Positions 52,701 to 64,000 of a DNA stretch of 64,000 bases are shown one piece after another. The notes beneath the pieces are model-generated. The model did no database searches, was not told the origin of the DNA, and saw only the letters and a program-made list of their open reading frames with translations. Each line of letters opens with the position of its first letter. Within the stretch, counting starts at the first letter, position 1. The stretch comes from Nymphaea colorata (taxonomy: Eukaryota), in NCBI RefSeq assembly GCF_008831285.2, contig NC_045138.2, positions 29,574,001 through 29,638,000 of the forward strand. Direction: 5' to 3'. The position numbers were made by a program, and so were the translations under genes.

Positions 52701-55700
52701 CCCAGTAACACCCCCACCTCAGTAGGAAATGTATTATTTAAATCAAGTTCAACATCCTGATTCAACACCAGCAATGCTTTTTAACTAAATTTCTTTCTAA
52801 ATAATGATGCACATCTCAATGCCTAACATACAATTAAGTCAGAAATGTATCATTTAAACCAATAACATTATCCCATTTCAAGTCGACCCTCTAATTTCAG
52901 GAGATTCGTTTCTACATGATAGTGTACATGTTAACAACTAGCATAGTATAATAAAGTTTAATGAAAAATTTAGATATATACTTATAATGCTATAATGTCA
53001 TATTTTCTATTGTTGAAAACACAAAATGTTGAGAAAAAATGAGGATAAAACAACGAAAATTTTGAAAAATAGACTATAAAATGATCAATTGTTTAAAAAG
53101 TGAACTGCCAATACTAAATGAAGCTAACTAATAATTAAGAAATCAGTTGCTCCAAGCTTCACCACACTGAGGGAAGTATCAAGCCTTTGGTTTCCAAACG
53201 TGCTTTCAAAAAAGCAAGATCCTCCTTTAATAATAGTTTCTGGTGACTATGGATTGACTGAGTCACAACAGACCTTGACCTCAGCCAAACATATGCAGTT
53301 TACAAAGAAAAATACAGTATATCGGTGTTGGAATTTAAAAAGAAATAGATGTATGGAAGCTTATAGGATAATTATTCTTCCTTAGAAAAGTGTCAAGAGC
53401 CCGCAAAAAAATCTATAACAAAAGTATACCGAGAATCAGATCCATGCCATATATATGGTTACTGGGAGCTTTTCTTCAACAAAAAGGCCGTCAGACACTC
53501 CCATGATAGTCTTGTTTTTTGTTTTTGCAGTAAAAGTTCAATCTCGTGATCATTTTGTGTTCATGCTTGAACTGTGAATGAAATGTTCTAAAAGTTTCAT
53601 TGTTTATGATTCCAGAGAAACTATTTTCATAAGCACCAACATACTTGTGATCTGCGTACTTGTGCGGACACACTGTGCAAGTGATGGCAATACATAACCA
53701 GCTCTTGAATAGCAAACACAAGTATACGCATAGTACTACCACTGCTCGAAGCCTCGATATATTTTTTTTGGAAAAGAACTTAAAATAACCAAAAATATGA
53801 TGAGAAAAAAATGTAAGGAGAAGAACAAAATTTGAAGATGCAAACAGTAAACCAACAAAAACCAACCTCATTCGGCATTCTTGTTGCAATTTTTGCAATT
53901 ACTTCAGTCTCTGAAGGGAATATAACGGACCAGAGATGCCTTGTGTCAAAGCAATATTCATCTGCAGCATCAGAGATGCAGTTTCCACCTAACGTGTGGC
54001 CCATAATTATTTGTTTTTCTGTGTCAACAGAATACAAATATATGTTCTGTCGTTCCCCTTCCAATTTACTCAATGAATCGGTTGACCGAGGAAATAAGTG
54101 TGCTTGTTTGTTGGTATCAATCAGAAGATGAAGCCGCTGCTCTGTAGAATCAGTTAATGAAAGAGGTACAACTTGCAATATAGAATAAGGAAGGTTGAGA
54201 GATTTAATTTCCTTTCCAGTGTAAGAATCAACAAATGAGAGACTTGACGCGTCAGGCCTGCAACTGCCAACAACAAGAATGGATGGATTTGTATCCATTG
54301 CATGATGATGAGGAGTTTGCCAATTATATATTTTAAATCCAGAAGGATGCTGACAGGCTTCAGTTTTTCGTAAGGAAGGCAGCAGAAGTGACCATACTAC
54401 CCGTCCATCACCGCTATGTAGTGCAAAAACCTTTCCAGCTTTAGTAATAACTATGATCAACTTCCGGAAGCCATTATGATCACGTGTCATCTTACTTTTC
54501 TCAGAGCTTCTTAGCCTCATATCTTGTATAACTGCAATATCTTCAGGACTTGCAAGCATAAGAGTGCCTTTGAGTTTCAGCATATGTCCCTTGTCACGAA
54601 AAATGCATCCACATATCAATGTACAATGTCTTATTGAAGTACATCAACAAGTGACCACTTAATCAGGGTTAAAGTGACTCAAACAGAAAGAAACAGCAAA
54701 ACAAATGGAGAGACTTTTTTTTTTTCAGCAATGGAAAATAAAACTCCCCAAGAACAAAACCACAGACGTTTGAAGCCAAGGCAAAGCTAAACTGGAAAAT
54801 AGGGAACTCTTGGAAATACCTTGAGCCACTCAAACAGATTCTCCTCAACTTTGGCAACTGAAACACCTTCTTTTTCCACTGGTAGTTCAGATGTCGTAGT
54901 ATCCATGATTGAGGCAAGTCCTTCCTCCCTAGACCATACAATCTCCCCTTGCTGTAGCAGCAATAATGAATGATCCTCCATGGTAATCAGGGCCCTGAAT
55001 CCATAAGATTTATCTGTCCTAATATAATTATTTATGAAAACCTTCTGCACAAGCCCCTTTTGATTATCAATCCGAATATTGTCCTTAATTAGCTCAGTTT
55101 GTTCCCCACTGTCAAGTTTTACTCTTAGGGAAACTTTATCATCCTCCTGCTGAATAACAGCAAAAGCTTGTTGGCCCTCAGTAAGCAAGAGAGAATCACT
55201 AACACAGGCTGGATTTTTTACTTTATCAATGATAACCAACTCATCCTCATTGGATGCTTTTACCAAGAAAATAAAAGATTCACTCCTTAAAGCAAACACA
55301 CCAACGAGTTTTGCAGGTAAGATGGTCAGATCCCCGGAATAATAATCAACAAGATTAGATAGGGCAGTCTGACGAAATTTGATTTTTCCATCAGAGAAAC
55401 CAGCAGAAACTATGGTTGACCTAGACCCATCTAACACAACTAACTTGTCGCTTGAAATAAATGACGCTTCCCCAAAAATTCCGCCAGGAACAGATTCAGT
55501 GGTCCACTTTATTATTTCTCCATTTGTAGCACTAATCTGACATAACACTAACTGAGAATAACCATCAAAACCCACAGCCAAGATCGTTCCACCACTAGGT
55601 GAAACAGAAATGCGCTGAATCTCTAGTCTGTAACAAAGAATCAGAAGAAAATCCACCAAAAAGATCAGTTCAGAAGAAAATCCACCAAAAAGATCAGTTA

Positions 55701-58700
55701 CTAACTGATAAAAAGAGAAAGAGGGAGAGAAAGAGAAAGAGAGACCCCTCCAAGAAAAGCTCTGTTCTCCAAAGAATTTCACCATCTATACTAGAAACAG
55801 CATGAAGCCAGCCTCCACTAAAAGCAAGAACAGCACTGTCTTTTTCAACTTTGATAGCCACCTGCAATATCATGTTTTTGTCCGTATCACTTAAAGCAAT
55901 ATGGCATTTACCAAGACAGAAATTAATCCCCTAACTCCGGTGTGACAAACAAGGCGATAGGAACATTTTTACTTCAAACCTCTCAAAGGAAGCATCCATT
56001 ACTCACCGGCATGGATAACAAAGATCTTGAAGGAACTGAACCTTTAAGATGGGACTCCCAGACCATTTGACCATCAGCCAGACTCCATGCCCTCAAAATA
56101 CTAGCATTGGATGATAGAGTAATGACATCTGTTGAATATGAAATAACTTGGTTATAACTACTGAAAGAACAGAACACATAAAAATGACAACACAAAGGGA
56201 ATTTAAGCAATCAAACAATCTTTAAAGAATGCAGAACTTGGTATTTCATATCCTGGTTAAGAGATAATCAAGAACCAAATTAGAAAATTTATGCAATATA
56301 AATCAATTGAAAGTACTCTTCCAGGACCCAGAAAACATGAAACTCAACAATATTTCCAAGGTGTCAAAACATTAAAAACTAATGAAAATGAGAAAACAAC
56401 TTTAAGCAGCTAAAGAGGGTAGCTTTACAGCTTCAGCAAAAACAAAATGTGAACAACAAGAATCATGGGGTGGCCAAGTATAAAGCACTCATTAAATGAA
56501 GCAAATAGGGCTTTGCTCGTTGGTCGAAGACTCCATCATGAAAGCAAGCAAATGCCACTCACCATTACCAAAATGGGGAGATTGAGACTCACGCAGAAGC
56601 TTTCTAAGACATAAATTCAAATGCAAGCTCCAAAGGAAGGCAAGGCAAAGAACACAAAAGAGAAATTGTGGGTGAAAGATAGATGCCAAATCAGGTGGTT
56701 TCTCATGCCAAAATTTTCACATTCCAGAAAGGTCCAGTTCCAGAGCATGTAACCAACTCACATTCAAAGATTAATAGGACTCATGAATTTCTTCAAGAGA
56801 CACAATCCACCAAAATGATGAAAAGTGAAACATGAACCTTCATTAGCATGACATAAGGATTTTATATGTTTAAAAGTTATGCATTATAATAACCATACAC
56901 CTTTCAATCCAGGTAAGGCAAGCTACTACAACGAATGCTAACCCCACTTCAAAAAAAACACACAAGTTCATTAGAAAGTATAAGGAGATCGCGGTCCAAT
57001 GCTAGTCTTTTCTTTTTCTCTCTAATCCATCTGGCCAAAGCATCCATTTTCTATTAGCACATGACCCAAAATGTAACATCAGGCCGGTGTGCTAGGCCCC
57101 ATAATAAATGTCTAATTTTATTTAAAGCCTAGTGCACCACCATGTAATGGGTAGCGATCCACTCTCACCAAATTAATCAACTTCAAAGCCAATACCTAGA
57201 ATTTAAACTTTTGGTAGATGACAAGGACCTAGACAGACCAACACTGTCTAGTCATTCAGAACCAAGACCCTCCAGAGGTCTACACCTTCTTTAAAATCCA
57301 ACTAGCTTCAGAAATGGCAAATGGTTACAGCTAAGGTATAGCCTGGAAGGTCAACAACAAAAAGGAAATGGTGGACATGACTGGTGATAGTGATACCAAT
57401 TACACTACTATCTTGCAACACTAGTGACAGATTAGTTAAGGTTTTAACGTTTATTTCTTGACAAAGCTTCATGAGATCCTATGAACAGCTAAAACAGATT
57501 TAGTTTGTCCCCTTGGTTGGAAACTCAAGACAAGCTTCATACTTTATCTGACTGTAAAATAAAGTTTAAACTTTAAAGCAGTTCAACGTTGACATGCCTG
57601 GATAAATCTGAGCAAGTTAGCATAGCAGCAAGGTGGTGCTAGTTAAATAATATCTATTAGGATAATGGCACTTTTTAGTTAATAAGCTCACTGAATAGAC
57701 TGATTTTAAACTTCACTATTCCAGCCTAAAATTTCAGTGATTGAGTTTGAGAGGATCAAAACTCACTTGAATGATATATAGCAACAAAAGAAGTTTAGGC
57801 CAAGACCAAAAAAAAAAAAGCTAAGTCAACAAAGTTCATTCTCATATTCAAATTCCCAGGACCAAGAGATTACTGTAGGAGATGTATTACATTTCCCAAG
57901 TGCAATATCGATTCCATCCACTGCATCACTTTCTGCAAGGACATGCCTCCAAACTGCATTTTACCAAAAGAAATAAGCTTAAGTAATGTCAATAAATGCA
58001 GAGCACCCAGAAAATCATTTTGGTTGGACAAAAAGCCAATTTGCATGCAACATCCAATAGATCAGAAATACTTACAGAGATCTCCCTTGCGAAGATCCAG
58101 AGAAGCAATAACATTCTCCTCAGTGGCAACTATAACACGTCTCCTTCCCGTTTTTTGAGTGTGAAAAACAGCCTCCTTTACATTACCAATATATTTTTTA
58201 TGCCTGAATGGAAAAGGACAAGGAAATTGAACAAGGAAAGAGGATGAACTACATCATGAACAAGGCACTAGGAAAGCAGTAATATTCTGAGGAGTCTGAT
58301 AGAGGAAGTGAATATTGGAAAACAAAAAATAAAAGAAGGGTGCGAAAAAGTAAAAACATGCCATCCAAATTTCCATATTCAAATTTGACAAAATTCATCC
58401 TAGACCTTCAGCCTTCTCACTGCCATATATGAACTATAGTTCACACGGTTCATCTTGACTCCAAAAAAGAAAAGAACAACAAAAAGGAAAAAAAAAAAAA
58501 AAGACGTTACAACACAGAACTTTGCCTCAGATTTTATAAATTAAGAAATGCCTTTGCGAACCTTCTTCCTGTTTAAGCCTTAAGTTGTATGTTTATGCAT
58601 TACATCCATTGGCTCAATTAACAACATCTAACATCTACAGGTAAATTTGATAAATAGATCATTTCCACTATAACCCAGCAGTGTAGCCTTGGGGAAGACG

Positions 58701-59670
58701 TGAGTTCTTTCTGGCATCGATTCGCTTTGACAACCTATAGAATCTGACTGTTTACAATTTACGAAACTTTCACTCTATGCAATCAAGCCTGAAATACCAT
58801 TAAATCCCTTTCGAAGAAGAAGTGAACAAGATGACACCTGCTACGCCATAACCAAAGAAATACAGTCAGTAAATGTTCAACTGACCATGCCATCCGCAAC
58901 ACACAAAACAACAACAATTCTTCGCTAAAAATTTTTTACCATACATCACCTGTCTGAAATTAGGCCAATGATCATCTCACAACATTTCCCTATCAAACTA
59001 AACCCAGAGAAATCAAAACCTCACTACAACAGAAACTCAAACACTGTATACCAAGTACAAGTGAAGCAGTTACCCGATGGAGGTACTTCAACTCACTCTT
59101 AAAATAGCAGGCTTTCACCAAAGGCTACAAACAGCTATAGAAATATTGTTCCTCTTAGCTTATTTCAAAACCACAACTACGTTGGCGGTCAGACGCGAAA
59201 CAAGAAACCACGTATCTCTTCCTAACTATCACATTCGTGGTGAAGAAGAAGCCTGTTTGATGGATTATAGAAATCCTAATACATTATAGCATCCTCATTG
59301 CGTCAAACTCTCTTCAGGCAGTATGGTTCGAACCGAACAGGTACCCAACAGAGTAAAAGACCGACTCATCAATTGATAAGAGATGCGAATTTCACTCGGA
59401 ATTAGGCATCATCGATTGATAAGAAATGGGAATTTCACTAGGAATTAGACAAAACTAATCCTATGACCCATCCCACTAGACTGCCGCAAATACAAAAAAT
59501 CCTCCAAGCAGAACAATCCAAGAAAATTTTCTACTAGGTGAAGTATGAGGCAAAACCACTCACCAGTCCATGACCCCAACTTGATCTTCGTACAAAGCCA
59601 GACATGACTTGGAGGATAAGATGACGATGCAAAGGAGGGTGGAGAAGAAAACCCAGATCGAGTTCGCCAT
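49768..59670 (-). CDS. EMC1: ER membrane protein complex subunit 1, 984 aa
   Basis: Exons 59670-59564, 58203-58076, 57953-57891, 56128-56007, 55861-55746, 55627-54820, 54589-53867, 51515-51294, 51184-51089, 50973-50779, 50671-50558 and 50028-49768 sum to 2955 nt in one frame. Signal peptide then LYEDQVGVMDW, beta-propeller motifs (VWSREEGLASI, DHNGFRKL, YLIDTVTGRILH), FLDPRR, LESTALVF, and a C-terminal transmembrane helix ending EKWR. A probable 5'UTR intron lies at 59789-59695. Confidence 0.95.
52264..52553. mobile_element. Non-autonomous hAT-type MITE in EMC1 intron 7
   Basis: Imperfect TIRs TAAGGCTGGGCACCGGGCCGG / CCGGCCTGATGCCCAAGCTTA, subterminal GGCCCG/CGGGC repeats and an AT-rich core. 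The 8-bp flanks CATGCATG (52256-52263) and CACGCATG (52554-52561) match 7/8, as expected for a hAT TSD. Confidence 0.8.
55641..55698. repeat. 29-bp tandem duplication inside EMC1 intron 5
   Basis: TCAGAAGAAAATCCACCAAAAAGATCAGT twice, perfect. Confidence 0.95.
59367..59448. repeat. Diverged ~42-bp tandem duplication in EMC1 intron 1
   Basis: CATCAATTGATAAGAGATGCGAATTTCACTCGGAATTAG versus CATCGATTGATAAGAAATGGGAATTTCACTAGGAATTAG. Confidence 0.8.
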
Positions 59671-60753
59671 CGCTTTCCTTTGGGATTTCGATCTCTGCAA
59701 CAAAATAGAACCGAACCCAAGTAGGGATTAAGATCTCAGGACTGCAGAAAACAGATGTGAAGTGCGTACAAGATCACCAGACGACCTACCAACAACATCG
59801 CTCACGGTAAGTCAGAGGGCGTGGAGTAGCGCCCTCGAAGCCCTCAGCCACCTCGTTGCTCAGGTTCACAGGGAGACTCACAGGGAAACAAAGGCAAGCG
59901 CATTCCACTTGCTTTTGGAGACCCGAATCGGTCAATTCCGAGCCTGATTGAGGGAGAATCGGTTTCTGATGTTACACTAATTTGATCGGTCTAACTGGAT
60001 GTGATATCGATTCGGTCAGACCGACTCCGTTTTATCTAAAGCCAACAATGAATTAAAAAGTAAATAAGTTTATTTCACGATTTAAGCAGAAGACACAGCA
60101 GGGGTAAAGAGCGTTGAATTGCCTCGTATCTAAAATACATGTTCTTGAATCCCAGGTTACAAAATTTCGAATCTTTAATTTCTAGTAAGGATGTAAAATC
60201 TTATGTTTCAAACATGCCTAAGTTTGTAATTTTATTTGAGATCAATAGGTTCGAGACATAATGGATATTTTGAAATTACGGTTCCAAAATTGCTAGAACT
60301 ACAGATTTAAATCAAACTCAACTCTAAATCAAACACTTGAACACGAAAGTCAAGGTACTCAAACGGCTGTTTTAAAGATCTCAATGATCTAGTTGATTGT
60401 CCATAAAGTAGAAATCCTTTCTTAGCTTGAGTTATAAACACCTATGACTTTTGAGGACCATATCAAGTTTCAATCAAAAACCACTTCACAAAAAACGTGT
60501 AGACAGATATAATACGATAAAGTTTTATATCTTGAAAATAAAACGAGAAAAATTTGGCAATTTTTTTAAAAAAATTTAAACATTTAATATATCTTAAAAA
60601 TTATAAAAAAATAAAAATTAATAAAAAAAAAAAAAGAAAACGGGAAAAAACGTATAATATGGGTATTATACGTGTTTTTTGTTTTTTGACGTTTTTTAAA
60701 AAAAAAAACACCGATTTTAGAGTTGAGTTTGATTTAAAAGTCAAGGTCACTGA

Positions 60754-60795
60754 AAACTGTGGATGACAATGGGTAAACTGTGGATGACAATGGGT
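60754..60795. repeat. 21-bp tandem duplication
   Basis: AAACTGTGGATGACAATGGGT twice, perfect. Confidence 0.95.
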
Positions 60796-62455
60796 AGGGC
60801 AAGTTATCCTCAAGGGGTTGGCACAGTCGTCAAGGCAGGGATTGGTAGGTGATCAATTTTCTATTTGAACCTGTGTGATGTCAACCTATCAAAAACTATC
60901 ACTTAGATATTTGTATTTAGATAATGTTCCAGTTGTAAGAACGATTTGAGATGTCCTTAAGCTGGTGCATTGACAAGGGCAAGGTTGGGTAGACTGATCC
61001 TCACTTGTGGATGTAAATGTTTCAGGTTCAGGTCGGATTCACCCATAATCAAATTCGAATTGTTTGGACCTTATGTAATTGGACTCGGTCTAGAATTCAG
61101 GCCTTAATTTCATAACTGTATTCGGATCTAAATGGCACAAGATTCGACATTGATATTTAAAACTTCTCATTCCAGATAAAAGTTTTCTAAAATGCGAAGG
61201 TTTCTAACAAGGAAGCTTTGGGTTCTGCTTATTCTTATGTTATGTGCATATGTTAATAAGACATAGAAAAAACAGGTCGAGCATGCACACGAGCTGACAT
61301 AAAAACTAGGTCTTATTTTCATAATAAAGAGCCTAAAAAGCATGTTTCTCCTCGTGTTTTTTAGGCAAAATTAATTTTTGTTCCCTCTTCCAAACTTTTA
61401 CTTTGTCAAACCAGGTATATCAAATGCGTTTTTCTTTTTAATGTTTATTTGGGATAATCAAAGGCCAAGGGTCTTGTAATACCTTCAAGTTGTGGCTTGC
61501 TTCAGAGCTTGAATGGACCTATGATACATCCTTGAACTCAAGTGTCGTACATGCCACCAGCTTAAAGAAGTAATGCATTGGATTATACATTCAAGGTTCT
61601 GACTTGCTAGCTTTAGGCTTGGATGGACCTATGATATATCATTCAACTCAACCTAGAAAATTAATGCATTGGAACGCAACATAGGATGGTTTTGAAATTA
61701 GGTTTTTAATTAAATATTCAAAAACTTGATTTTCATAAAACCAACATTTTCAGGTTTGATATCTACCTGTTTCTTTCTCTCTCTCTTGTCGTGCTTTAAC
61801 TTGAAGCTAAGTCCAAGACAAAAGAGATTTTAATGATCATGTAGATAGTTTTAAATATACTTCAAGGCTTTCATTATCTCCATTGTACTTTTTAACTATT
61901 TGTCACATGATATATATTTAAAGAAAAACTTGGGCATAATAAAGTTGCTTGAGAGGTTTCTCCTTATTTGGCTGTGCCTTGTTTTGAGCAGGCAAAATTA
62001 TCCTTTGACGTGTCGTAAACTTGAAGGTTGTTGAAATCATATGTTAATCTTGAAATAAAATAGTCGTCACATCGTTTTCACGAGTACCTGGCGAGACTTT
62101 CGTTACATCTGAAGTGACGATTGAAAATTTGTACAAGCAATCATCTGTTTTGCTTGGAGGAAATTTCTTAAATATTCGCCTTGTTCATCTTCATCATCAT
62201 TGCCATTATCAATATAGTTGCTACCATCACCATCTCTGGTATTTGAAAAACAATATTTAGAGTAAGAACATAAAAGTTTACAGAAAGCCCACTTATAACT
62301 TTTAAAGTGCTTACGAACAACAACTTAATGCACTGCTTGAGTCTGCTTGAGTTAATAAAGTAATTTTGAAGTGAAATTAACAAGTTCTTTTTATCCCTCA
62401 AAATAACAAAACTTCTTTTTTTTAAGTATATATATATATATATATATGTGTGTGT

Positions 62456-62624
62456 TCAGCTCACTCATTAAAGTTATCTGATCGATTGTGATGGATGGTT
62501 GAAAAAAAAAACAAAAAAATTGAATTAATACTAGATAATAAAAATAGCTAGTACTTTTTTCTATTCGTTTTTTTTCAACTATCCATCATAATAAATCAAA
62601 TGGCTTATTATATGAGTGAGTTGA
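62456..62624. repeat. ~170-bp foldback (long imperfect inverted repeat), probably MITE-derived
   Basis: TCAGCTCACTCAT pairs with ATGAGTGAGTTGA, and TGATGGATGGTTGAAAAAAAA pairs with TTTTTTTCAACTATCCATCA. Confidence 0.75.
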
Positions 62625-63365
62625 GTGACTCTAAAAAATCAAAATCACTAAAAAAAAGAGAGACAGTGAGAAGATAGAGGGAGAAGCAAGCTGTATGTTA
62701 CCCCAATAACACGTGACCCCATTATTTGTGAAGATTCTTTTCACTCTCTAGGAGTAAAAAGGTTTTCTCCAACGTTATTAATATAAGCAGTGATTTGTAA
62801 TTGACCAAATGTTAATGGGTTGTTTATTAATATGTTAGAAGTCATACAATCTTTTTGTAAAACCCTCTAAAAAGACATAACCGGAGGAGCCCACAAGCTT
62901 GCAAGAATAGAATTGTTGTGTGCATCAAATTTAAAGATGAATTGCAGTATTGTATTAATATCTTAAGTCAATGCACAATTTGAGTTTTCCTTATACACCA
63001 CTCAACCTTTAATGTCGTGGGTCATGCAACAATTTCGAGGGTTTTCTTTTCTCCTCTTCTTTGTGGAACTTTTTAAGAACATCCCTTAAAGTACTTTTAA
63101 GCATATTAAAAATGTTGTGTAGAACGATTGGATGGTCAAAGACAGGGTTTCTTTGTCCACATTATTTGACAACTCATAGTTTCCCTTAAAAAATAAGATT
63201 ATAAAGGATCATGTAAGGATGCTTAGGATCTAATCGTCTTATAAAATACCCTTTAACTTAAGTGTCGTGCATGTCATCATTAACAATCCCAAACAATAGC
63301 ACCCACAATAATCAGACTAAATATGCATTGCATGCATGCTTCTCGGGCCAATATGCTAAACCCCT

Positions 63366-63453
63366 CAGGAGCTATTGACATAATTGATGAAATTTAATAT
63401 GTCAGTATCCAGGAGCTATTGGCATAATTGATGAAATTTAATATGTCAGTATC
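63366..63453. repeat. 44-bp tandem duplication
   Basis: CAGGAGCTATTG(A/G)CATAATTGATGAAATTTAATATGTCAGTATC twice, one mismatch. Confidence 0.95.
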
Positions 63454-63680
63454 CACTAGGTGGTTGGTTCCTAGTTCAGATGACATGGGAGCCATCCCTG
63501 TAAATTAAAACTTGATGAGTCTTTTGATCAACCTTTACCTCAAAAAACATGAGCCACTGTTTTGATCATCTTTTCATTAGTTTCTTTTGCAGTTGATTTT
63601 TGTTGCTTGAATGTTTTTACTGTTACCTTTGTACAGTTTTTTCTTATGTGCAAGATTTTCGTAATATCTCGTCTTGAAGC

Positions 63681-64000
63681 TAGGGCTGCACACAAGCAGA
63701 GTCCAGTTCAAGTTGGGCCATCTCGAGCTTGAACTCAACTCAAACTCGACTCGAGCTCAATAAAAGAAGCTCGTGCTTCACTCGATAATACAATGTCAAG
63801 CTGGAATTCGACTCGTTTAACCGGTTTATATTAAGCATGTCTTGTTTCTTTTAACTCGTTAACTTATTTAACTCGATTAATTGGTTTACATGCTACTCAT
63901 TTAACTATTTTCTCATTATAATTCAATCTTTATTACATAGTCGAACAGAGTCGAGTTTAAACAAGTTGAGCTCTTATAACTCAAACTAGACTAATTTAAC
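63681..64000. mobile_element. Left part of a hAT-like MITE, truncated by the window end
   Basis: Starts TAGGGCTGCA, followed by dense AACTCG/CTCGAG/GAGCTC subterminal repeats typical of plant hAT-derived MITEs. Confidence 0.6.

Noticed and set aside
55628..55785. ORF-track N-terminal extension through EMC1 intron 5
   Set aside because: It translates pyrimidine-rich intron sequence; the spliced model gives a continuous EMC1 frame.
63366..63453. Direct repeats as a possible CRISPR-like array
   Set aside because: Two adjacent copies with no spacer, in eukaryotic DNA; a simple tandem duplication.
1..64000. tRNA, rRNA or conserved miRNA genes, and any prokaryote-like defence or operon system
   Set aside because: None recognised by eye. 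A covariance-model scan would be needed to exclude snoRNAs or divergent miRNAs.

Overview
Flowering-plant nuclear DNA with spliceosomal GT-AG introns, microsatellites and miniature transposons; no prokaryotic features. The window holds the 3' end of a conserved plant protein of unknown function on the + strand, then six complete minus-strand genes. Their exon structures were worked out by hand and close in frame: an L-gulonolactone oxidase (GULLO3-like, 3 exons), an intronless U-box-less ARM-repeat protein, a WAV3/EDA40-family RING-H2/vWA E3 ligase (2 exons), a PLS-E class PPR protein (2 exons), an IAA8/9/27-clade Aux/IAA repressor (5 coding exons) and EMC1 (12 coding exons). Non-coding DNA includes a hAT-type MITE with an 8-bp target-site duplication, an eroded TRIM-like mini-retrotransposon, a dispersed MITE family, a 170-bp foldback and several short tandem duplications. 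I found no convincing novel multi-gene system. The best leads are the LxLxPP repression motif and motif-rich 4-kb leader of the Aux/IAA gene, the intron and overlapping upstream ORF of the PPR gene, the degenerate MIDAS of the WAV3-like ligase, and the U-box-less ARM protein. Family assignments come from motif recognition only; no searches were run.
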